DNA of 24,919 nt from Candidatus Scalinduaceae bacterium. GTDB taxonomy: Bacteria; Planctomycetota; Brocadiia; Brocadiales; Scalinduaceae. Shown here one piece after another: positions 1-7,222 of the stretch. A program made the position numbers and the translations under genes. Below the pieces are notes generated by a model, which ran no database searches, had not been told where the DNA came from, and saw only the letters and a program-made list of their open reading frames with translations. How positions within the stretch are numbered: the first letter of the stretch is position 1; each line of letters opens with the position of its first letter. The DNA is taken from NCBI GenBank assembly GCA_046759445.1, contig JBHICG010000050.1, positions 1 through 24,919 of the forward strand, read 5' to 3'.

Positions 1-2
1 AA

Positions 3-146
3 GAAGATGAACAAATCATAAGAAACATAAGGAAGTGTTCGATGACGGGAAGGCCATGTGGTAATGATAGATTTATGAAAAAGATTGAGAGGTTATTTGG
101 AAGAAGGCTAAGGGCGCTACCGTGGGGAAGACCACGCAAAAATTAA
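3..146 (+). CDS. 3' end (partial, runs off the window) of a probable REP-associated tyrosine transposase (RAYT, Y1/IS200-like HUH family)
   Basis: Manual translation gives EDEQIIRNIRKCSMTGRPCGNDRFMKKIERLFGRRLRALPWGRPRKN* (TAA 144-146). The TGRPxG...F...IE...GRxL...GRP tail resembles C-termini I recognise from RAYT-type transposases. A GTCGCTGTCCC end motif follows immediately. The catalytic HUH/Y region lies outside the window. Confidence 0.62.
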   Translation, partial: EDEQIIRNIRKCSMTGRPCGNDRFMKKIERLFGRRLRALPWGRPRKN

Positions 147-193
147 AACGGTCGCTGTCCCTATTATGTCCGTCCCTATTATGTCCCTATTAT
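144..193. repeat. REP-like end motif TAAAACGGTCGCTGTCCCTATT followed by tandem GTCCCTATTAT copies
   Basis: 144-165 is the reverse complement (21/22) of 1836-1857 and 1866-1887. GTCCCTATTAT occurs at 157-167, 172-182 and 183-193, with a partial GTCC at 168-171. Confidence 0.9.
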
Positions 194-891
194 CGTTTAA
201 GAATGTAACCGAAGACTGTTAGGAGATTATTTAATTGAACTACTAACCAGGTTTGAAAATAAATCTCTCAGTCTCTTCCTGCCGCACATTAATTTCGTGT
301 GTATACTCTCACCATTCAATTATTGTTGAATCTTGTAAAGAAAAACAGACATATACACACTCCCTCTCACTAAAAAAATCAAATCCTAAGACGCATACAT
401 AACATAGCTTACAAAAATATTTATACTTTTTTGCGCTTATTGGTAAGGAAATTGTGATTAACTCAAAGACGGAACTTAATCGATAACTCTTCCTAAATTT
501 ACTAGAGAAGAAGATTGGCGATTAAAAACCAGTATAACCATTAAACAGACGTTACTATCAATATATTTTTCCCCATCACCCGTCGTAATTAGGTAGAGGA
601 ATTATGAGAAAATTGATGATTAGTTTGATGTTTTCGTTTATTTATCCTGCTAGCATTAGGGGCATTGACCTCACTTGCTATGAGTATTGCAGGGGATATT
701 GCCCATAATTTATTGAGTAAATAATAATTGTGAATGACAAATGTATGAGTTCAGGTGGTAATAATGTTTCCAATGTTATGAATACTTTGTGTGTTTAACA
801 ATACACTTTGTATCAGGCTTGCCTTATAAAGACAGTAGAGTTTATTTTGGGAAATGATCTAAGGATAATTAATTAAAAAGGAGGCAAAACT

Positions 892-1098
892 ATGGGAATG
901 GAGATAATGTACTATTCAGATTCATCTATACAGGTAATAAATAACCGTAAGACTATACCACTGTTGTCAGAATTGGTGAGAACAAAATGTTTGGCAGTCA
1001 GAGATTGGTTTGAAGATCGTAACTCCTACTACAATACGGTTAATACACATGATTATGGCACAAAGGTTATGTTGATGAATAGATTGCACAATCGATAA
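892..1098 (+). CDS. Small hypothetical protein (68 aa)
   Basis: ORF track, plus a strong Shine-Dalgarno AAAAGGAGG ~7 nt upstream of the ATG. No recognisable domain. Confidence 0.5.
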   Translation: MGMEIMYYSDSSIQVINNRKTIPLLSELVRTKCLAVRDWFEDRNSYYNTVNTHDYGTKVMLMNRLHNR

Positions 1099-1225
1099 AC
1101 ATGTCTCAATGGACTTCATAGAGAAACCGCCTGAGCGTCTGGAAAGGCTTAGTAAAGTTAGATATGTGTTTTGAGATACACAATAGAATGGCAATGAGTT
1201 CCCCTTCTTCTTATCCCCCTATGAG

Positions 1226-1820
1226 CTATAATTCAGCTTCTGAAAGAAAGCCATAAATTCTTTTTTGCACTTCAATGTTCATATTGCTAAATTCAAATTC
1301 AACCCAACGCTTACGTTATCGTTGTCTTTCTTGATGTTTTTCTGCTTCGCTTTTACGGCAAGTATTTTTTCCACTCCAGGCAATTGAAAGTTTACGTCGA
1401 TTTCATTATCTACCCCTAATAGCATTGAGCTGCTTTCAATTTTCAACTTATCCGCAACAAAATGACATCCTTCCTTACTAATATTTGTGATGGTTCCCTC
1501 TATTGAGTTGTCTGCTATACTTACACTTGCTGGCAGAAAACAATCAAGTCTTTTATGTACACGAAGGTCATGGGTTTCAATCTTCTCCAGGTACTCAATG
1601 AAGATTAATTTTACTGGATTAGTAACAAAGTAGCTTATGCGAGATTCGAAGCCCAATACAGTGCCCTCATGCATGTATCTGACCGTAATAGTGTTTCCTT
1701 TATATATCAAATTTGAGATATGGCTAATATTTTGAATAGGAGGCATCTTTATGATTAAATATTTGCCTTCGTCTTCTCCAATGAATTCGCTTGTTGATAT
1801 AGAGAAACTACTAATATAAT
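1226..1820 (-). pseudogene. PilZ-domain / YcgR-type flagellar brake-like c-di-GMP receptor, 5'-truncated and frameshifted
   Basis: The ORF 1279-1746 has PilZ motifs RxxxR (RVHKR) and (D/N)xSxxG (NISKEG). The frame continues upstream (STSEFIGEDEGKYLIIK) with no start codon before it meets the repeat at 1821. A frameshift near 1300 separates the natural-looking C-terminus (VEFEFSNMNIEVQKRIYGFLSEAEL*, stop 1226-1228). Confidence 0.75.
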
Positions 1821-1890
1821 CGTTAAATAGCGTTAAATAGGGACAGCGACTGTTTTATGGCGTTAAATAGGGACAGCGACTGTTTTATGA
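1821..1890. repeat. 30-bp tandem duplication containing the AATAGGGACAGCGACTGTTTTA end motif, plus a 10-bp partial copy
   Basis: 1831-1860 and 1861-1890 are 29/30 identical. CGTTAAATAG also occurs at 1821-1830. The motif is inverted relative to 144-165. Confidence 0.92.
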
Positions 1891-2044
1891 GTCTTGCTTA
1901 TGAAACTAAGCATGCCTTTGCTTCCCATAACAACGTAATTCATCGTCAATCAAAAATTTTATGACAGAATTGCAAGGTAAGAAAACAACTTGTTGTGAAT
2001 ATATTTTAAGAGCCTAATAAAGGCTTGCAGATGGAATTTAGTGG

Positions 2045-3412
2045 TCAATTCGTTATCCTCTTATAAGTTGAAAGGAAATGTCTCAATATGGGCGATTCAT
2101 AATCAAATTCAAGACCCCTTATTACGTCTCTTCTTTTATAAACGTTAACGACTGTTTTACAAACATAATCGAGATGTTCTCTGCAGTAAACCCTGCGTGG
2201 GATAGCTAATCTTACCAAGTCCAATCTTGGATAGATATCCTTTCCGTCTTTTTGATTACGTCCGGCTAAGATGGTTCCCACCTCTATACTACGGACTCCA
2301 CCTTCAATGTAACATTCTATACATAACGTCTGAGATGGGAAATTTTCCTGTTTGATGTGGGGAAGAAATGCCTTTCCATTAATGAAGACGGCATGACCAC
2401 CAATAGGCTTCATTATAGGTATTCCGGCGGCAGATAACTTTTCACCCAGGTAACGTACCTGACCTATCCTGTAACACAAATAATCTTCTTCGATTCCCTC
2501 AAGTAAACCCCTGGCCAGCGCCTCCATGTCTCTACCGGACATTCCACCATATGTAATAAAACCTTCAAACAGGACCGTTTTGTGAGCTAGTTTCTTGTAG
2601 AGTTTTTCATCATTCAGGGCTAAAAAGCCTCCTATATTGGTTATGGCATCTTTCTTGGCGCTCATGGTACATCCATCCATGTAAGACATCATTTCTTTTA
2701 CTATTTCCTGAATCGACTTATCTTTATATCCACCTTCACGTTCTTTTATAAAGAATGCATTTTCGGCGTAACGTGCGGCATCCATAAATAGTGGAATATT
2801 GTTCCTTTTTGTTATTTCGTGCACCTGTCTGATATTTTCGATTGAAACTGGTTGTCCACCTCCACTGTTACAGGTTGCGGTGATTAGCACATACGCGATA
2901 TTTTTTGGATCCTTATTGACATAATCTTCCAGTTTTTGGATATCAATGTTTCCCTTAAAGGGGTGTTCTATATCCGGTTGATAAGCTTCTTCTATGGCGC
3001 AATCAACGGCTTTACCACCCATGTTTCTTATATGTGCCCTTGTAGTGTCAAAATGCATATTTCCTGGTACAACTTGACCGGGCTTTACGAGAACCTTATC
3101 TAGTACGTGTTCGGCCCCTCGTCCTTGATGTGTTGGTAGTATGTACTTAAATCCCATGATACTTTTAATTGCTTCTTTAAGATGCTTAAAGTTTATGCTG
3201 CCTGCATAAGACTCATCCCCCAGCATTATGCCCGCCCATTGATTATTACTCATTGCCCCGGTACCGGAGTCAGTCAAGAGGTCTATGTAGATATCCTGGG
3301 ATTGAAGGGAAAAAAGATTGTAACCTACTTCCCTGATTCGCTTTTCTCTTTCTTTACGAGGGATTAAGCTGATTTTTTCAACAACTTTTATCTTGTATGG
3401 TGGATATATCAT
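2045..3412 (-). CDS. tnaA: Tryptophanase (PLP-dependent beta-eliminating lyase)
   Basis: Motifs IDLLTDSGT, PTHQGRGAE, GGQPVS and SAKKD (PLP lysine). The discriminating positions match tryptophanase rather than tyrosine phenol-lyase: HFDTT (not FTTT), IEVGT (not MERG), LRHF (not LRFF). Start placed at ATG 3412 (MIYPPYKIK); the ORF track start 3430 is TTG. Confidence 0.88.
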   Translation of the reverse strand: MIYPPYKIKVVEKISLIPRKEREKRIREVGYNLFSLQSQDIYIDLLTDSGTGAMSNNQWAGIMLGDESYAGSINFKHLKEAIKSIMGFKYILPTHQGRGAEHVLDKVLVKPGQVVPGNMHFDTTRAHIRNMGGKAVDCAIEEAYQPDIEHPFKGNIDIQKLEDYVNKDPKNIAYVLITATCNSGGGQPVSIENIRQVHEITKRNNIPLFMDAARYAENAFFIKEREGGYKDKSIQEIVKEMMSYMDGCTMSAKKDAITNIGGFLALNDEKLYKKLAHKTVLFEGFITYGGMSGRDMEALARGLLEGIEEDYLCYRIGQVRYLGEKLSAAGIPIMKPIGGHAVFINGKAFLPHIKQENFPSQTLCIECYIEGGVRSIEVGTILAGRNQKDGKDIYPRLDLVRLAIPRRVYCREHLDYVCKTVVNVYKRRDVIRGLEFDYESPILRHFLSTYKRITN

Positions 3413-3464
3413 AATGCAATACAGCCGCAAAAAAGGGGATAAATCTGATTTTGAATATACCGTA

Positions 3465-3483
3465 TTTCCGCAACAGGTACTAA
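3465..3483. repeat. Orphan terminal inverted repeat abutting the MITE
   Basis: TTTCCGCAACAGGTACTAA directly abuts TTAGTTTCTGTTGCGGAAA (3484-3502), forming a 38-bp near-palindrome. Confidence 0.8.
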
Positions 3484-3648
3484 TTAGTTTCTGTTGCGGA
3501 AAGCTTAAATACCCAAAAATGTCATTCTGCCCCCATTCCTAGCTTACGTAAGGAAGCTATGGGGGTCAGAATCTATATATGTCAAGATGTTAAGAGATCC
3601 TGAAACGAGTTCAGGGTGACAATATAGTGTTTCCACAACAGGCACTAA
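3484..3648. mobile_element. MITE-like non-autonomous element (19-bp imperfect TIRs, internal hairpins)
   Basis: Left TTAGTTTCTGTTGCGGAAA pairs with right TTTCCACAACAGGCACTAA (16/19). Internal stems are ATTCTGCCCCCAT...ATGGGGGTCAGAAT and CCTGAA-acgag-TTCAGG. A second copy lies at 17718-17875. Confidence 0.75.
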
Positions 3649-3737
3649 TTACAAGTAGACCAGACCCTTACTAGAATTTTTTTGCTACATTCAGTAAAAC
3701 TTTTTCAGACCCAACTCGTTCGGGGTTAAGCTAATAA

Positions 3738-4265
3738 TTATTTTTCCTTGTGTTGAGTTACCTTGACCCAGATTGGTGTATCAGGAAAGGAGGTTTCTTG
3801 TACGTGTTTGATCATTTCTGTAACGTGTTTTGTAATATCCTCTCTTTTGCAATTTGACGGGAAAAACTGGAGGATTTCCTTTTCTATCTCTCTTCCTTCT
3901 TCGGCATGGGCTTTATCCGGGATGATATCTATCGAAAAGTCCAGGGGGACAATTCCACGATATTTGCGGATCAGTTCGTCGTAGTCATTAAGCATATTCT
4001 GGATTAGAAGCCTTAAGTTTTCTGTGTCGTGCTTTTCTTTTTTAAAGATTCCTTTGTGTAGGTCTTTTAAATATTCTCGTTCTTTACCAAAATTTGTGTA
4101 TTGGTGTTCATAAGTGTATGAACTTTTTTCCGGGTATGAATCTTTAAGTGATCCTAATTTTTCAAATTTGTCCTTAAACCACTCTTCAACACTTTTTTGG
4201 AGCTTGTTAAATTTGTCTCCGATTTCTTCAATAAGTTCTAAAAACCTTTGTCTCACAAATTTCAC
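3738..4265 (-). CDS. Hypothetical protein (175 aa, charged/helical)
   Basis: ORF track; GTG start; co-oriented with its neighbours; no motif recognised. Confidence 0.65.
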   Translation of the reverse strand: MKFVRQRFLELIEEIGDKFNKLQKSVEEWFKDKFEKLGSLKDSYPEKSSYTYEHQYTNFGKEREYLKDLHKGIFKKEKHDTENLRLLIQNMLNDYDELIRKYRGIVPLDFSIDIIPDKAHAEEGREIEKEILQFFPSNCKREDITKHVTEMIKHVQETSFPDTPIWVKVTQHKEK

Positions 4266-4293
4266 CTTTATAAGTGTATGTTATTTTGCAACA

Positions 4294-4815
4294 TCAATCT
4301 TTGCTCTTGAGGCCTATAAAGACTTTCCATTTGCCATCTTCTTTAACCAATGTAAATTTTCTGTTGTCTTCTTCCATCGGTACATTGCCCTTTTTTAAGT
4401 ATTGCCTTAACATATGCCTCATGGCTTCTTGAGGATTTTTCATGCTGGTAGGGCCTTGAAATGGTCCAAAGATTTCGCCTAAGACCTTGGGCATGTCCGG
4501 AGCAATTATCGTAACGTCTACGATTGAGTTGTCTTCATTTGTGTTTACTTCGTTTACCTCGTACTTGCTTAATGAATAAATGGTCTTTGCCATTTCTTGA
4601 AGAAAAGGGTCGTCGAGGCTGTTTTGCTTTATAAATTCATTTCTACTTATTGTATTTTGGTCTGTTTTTGAAATGTATTTATATGTTTTTTTAAGATTAT
4701 TTGAATAAAGGGCCTTTAAGTAGTTTATCAATACGTCTTCGGGATTCTCTTTTCCAAAACCCAGGATAGGCGTAATCGTTAGTAGGATTAGGATTAAGAT
4801 TGTGTATTTTTTCAT
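4294..4815 (-). CDS. Exported protein, NTF2-like/DUF4878-like
   Basis: N-terminal signal peptide MKKYTILILILLTITPILGFG, a 'PEDVLINYLKAL' helix and a C-terminal 'LVKEDGKWKV' strand motif typical of this fold group. SD AGAAGGA upstream. Confidence 0.75.
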   Translation of the reverse strand: MKKYTILILILLTITPILGFGKENPEDVLINYLKALYSNNLKKTYKYISKTDQNTISRNEFIKQNSLDDPFLQEMAKTIYSLSKYEVNEVNTNEDNSIVDVTIIAPDMPKVLGEIFGPFQGPTSMKNPQEAMRHMLRQYLKKGNVPMEEDNRKFTLVKEDGKWKVFIGLKSKD

Positions 4816-5097
4816 TAATTTCCTTCTTTCTTTAACTCTTCTGGAATAGAATACTGTTTCAGTTGAATATGATTGGAATGTGTTTTGGACACCTTAAAAA
4901 AATTTGCGAGATGTTTTTACCGTTTCAATGTGCGTTGAAATGGTTTTCTATTCCACGTTTTCGTCAAGTAAGTTTGAGGTTAATGTTAGACAATTTCTTG
5001 ATTTTCGTAATCTTGCAACCAATGCAAAATTTCTATTTAGCATCTATTCAAAGCGAGAATGTCAGTGGTATTTTTCACAAAGACGTAAATTAGTTTC

Positions 5098-6054
5098 TTA
5101 TTCCCCACCCAGAAAACTGCCAAATTTTCTGTATTTTTTATAACGATTTTCAATTAGCTTATCTATAGGAATTTCCTGGAGTTCCTCAATATATCTAACT
5201 ATTATTTTCTTAAGTATCTTAGCCATTTCTTCTGGATTACTGTGTGCGGCCCCTATTGGTTCTGGTATTATTTCATCTACTATTTTAAGTTCATATAGAT
5301 CATTTGCCGTCAGTTTAAGTGCGGTCGAAGCTTCTTCTGCATTGTCTTTGCTTTTCCATAGGATAGCCGCACATCCTTCTGGCGATATAACTGAACAATA
5401 AGCAAATTCAAGGATCGAAAATTTATCACCTACACCAATTCCGAGCGCACCGCCACTTCCTCCTTCACCAACTACAATGCAAATTATCGGAGTTCTGAGT
5501 CTGCTCATTTCTGCAATATTAAAGGCTATAGCATGTGCCTGACCACGCTCTTCTGCCCCTATATCAGGGTTTGCTCCTGGTGTGTCGATTAACGAGACTA
5601 TTGGCAAATGAAACTTCTCGGCTAGCTTCATTTTATGCAATGCCTTTCGATATCCTTCTGGATTAGGCATGCCAAAATTGCACTGAATCCTTTCCTTTGT
5701 AGTCTTGCCCTTCTGATGGCCAATTATTAAGGCCTTTTTACTACCAATTTTACCTAGACCCGTGATAATTGTCTTGTCATCTCCAAAACAGCGGTCTCCA
5801 TGCAACTCTATAAAATCATCAAACATTAAATTTATGTAATCAGATATTGTTGGCCGTAAGTTGTGGCGACTTATTTTTACAATTTCATATGGAGAGAGAT
5901 TTGAATACACTTCTTTTTGGAGATTTTTTTTCTGTTCTTCAAGCTTTTTGATTTCAATTGAAGAATCTACTTGTGCAGGATTATCCTTTAGTTTGTGAAT
6001 GCGTTGTTCTAACTCAAGGATTGTATTTTCAAGTTTAGATATTTTTTCTGTCAT
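5098..6054 (-). CDS. accA: Acetyl-CoA carboxylase carboxyltransferase subunit alpha
   Basis: Motifs ELHGDR, NFGMPNPEGYRKA, IDTPGA, GEGGSGGALG and VISPEGCAAILWK. Confidence 0.97.
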   Translation of the reverse strand: MTEKISKLENTILELEQRIHKLKDNPAQVDSSIEIKKLEEQKKNLQKEVYSNLSPYEIVKISRHNLRPTISDYINLMFDDFIELHGDRCFGDDKTIITGLGKIGSKKALIIGHQKGKTTKERIQCNFGMPNPEGYRKALHKMKLAEKFHLPIVSLIDTPGANPDIGAEERGQAHAIAFNIAEMSRLRTPIICIVVGEGGSGGALGIGVGDKFSILEFAYCSVISPEGCAAILWKSKDNAEEASTALKLTANDLYELKIVDEIIPEPIGAAHSNPEEMAKILKKIIVRYIEELQEIPIDKLIENRYKKYRKFGSFLGGE

Positions 6055-6154
6055 AATTTATACCTGCATGTAATTCTGTCTATTTCTCTCAACTTGTTTT
6101 GTGCGATTTTATCAGTTTATTTATTCAAATCAAGAAAATATAGATTAATTCAAA

Positions 6155-6183
6155 TTGACAAATTTTCCTAACGAGGTTAACAT
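6155..6183 (+). promoter_or_regulatory. Putative sigma70 promoter for the tyrA-purL operon
   Basis: TTGACA (6155-6160), 17-bp spacer, TAACAT (6178-6183), in the divergent accA/tyrA intergenic region. Confidence 0.55.
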
Positions 6184-6358
6184 TGTTTTTCAAGGATAAT
6201 CAAAAAATACCCTTTAGTATGATTGTGGATGAGTGTTTTTTTTAAAATGTTTTTGTGCATTATGAAAGTGAATTCTGGCCATGAAATGCTCTGAATTTGC
6301 ATAGTAAGGTCTTTTCAGTAAAGTTCTTAAGCTTATATTTTAGAGGATTATATAGCAA

Positions 6359-7222
6359 ATGAATTTTGGAGTTGTTGCCATAATTGGTACTGGTTTGATA
6401 GGCGGTTCAATAGGGCTTGGCTTGAAGGAAAGAGGGTTAACAAGGTTGGTTATAGGTGTAGGACACCGCAAGGCCTCGTTAAACAAGGCCCTCAGAATTA
6501 AGGCGATAGACGAAGGCACAACTAATATTGAGAAAGCTGTGTGTGATGCTGATATTGTAATATTGGCAACTTCTGTTGACCTCATACCATGTCTTGCTAA
6601 AAAGGCTATCCCATTGATGAAAAGGACTGCAACTCTTACTGATGTAGGAAGTGCAAAAAGCCATATTGTTTCACAAATAAATAAAGAAATAAAAGATGTA
6701 AATGCCAGAAATAATATAAATTTTATAGGAGCACATCCGCTGGCAGGTTCAGAGCAAAGGGGTATAGAATCAGCCCGGCCAGATCTTTTTGAAGATAGCG
6801 CCTGTATATTAACGCCTACAAATCTTAGTTCAAAAAGGTGCATAACAAAGATAGCAAATATGTGGAAGGCGTTAGGTGCAAGAATAAATATTTTAACACC
6901 CGCCGTACATGATGAGGTCGTGGCATTTGCCAGTCACTTGCCTCATTTTGTTGCGTCTGGACTTGTAAACGTGATTAATAAGAAGCAATGGGAATTTGCG
7001 GCCAATGGATTAAAAGATACAACGAGAATCGCCTCAGGTGATCCAAAACTATGGTTAAATATTTGCAAACAGAATAGGATAAAGATAATTGAGGCTCTAC
7101 GATGTTTTTCAAAGGAAATAAAATCTACATTGAAGGATATGGAAGGGAAGAATGACAGGAGAATCTTAAACAGGTTGAAAAAGGCGAAGGCATTACGTGA
7201 CGATTTTCTAGGAAAAAAATGA
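6359..7222 (+). CDS. tyrA: Prephenate/arogenate dehydrogenase
   Basis: Rossmann GTGLIGGS, plus TDVGSAK, AHPLAGSE, HD...SHLPH and DTTRIA motifs. Confidence 0.93.
   Translation: MNFGVVAIIGTGLIGGSIGLGLKERGLTRLVIGVGHRKASLNKALRIKAIDEGTTNIEKAVCDADIVILATSVDLIPCLAKKAIPLMKRTATLTDVGSAKSHIVSQINKEIKDVNARNNINFIGAHPLAGSEQRGIESARPDLFEDSACILTPTNLSSKRCITKIANMWKALGARINILTPAVHDEVVAFASHLPHFVASGLVNVINKKQWEFAANGLKDTTRIASGDPKLWLNICKQNRIKIIEALRCFSKEIKSTLKDMEGKNDRRILNRLKKAKALRDDFLGKK

Noticed and set aside
2045..3412. Tyrosine phenol-lyase (tpl) call
   Set aside because: The discriminating residues (Asp in FDTT, no Arg in IEVG, His in LRHF, SAKK) match tryptophanase.
3656..3670. AGACCAGACCC motif as another REP-like end
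   Set aside because: Single short occurrence in the window, so it cannot be supported without a genome-wide count.
4863..5143. + strand ORFs 4863-5093 and 4904-5143
   Set aside because: No RBS or motifs, opposite to the flanking genes, and the second overlaps accA.
6120..6133. FNR-like box TTTAT-N4-ATCAA
   Set aside because: It lies in very AT-rich sequence and overlaps a plausible -35 for accA, so it is likely chance.
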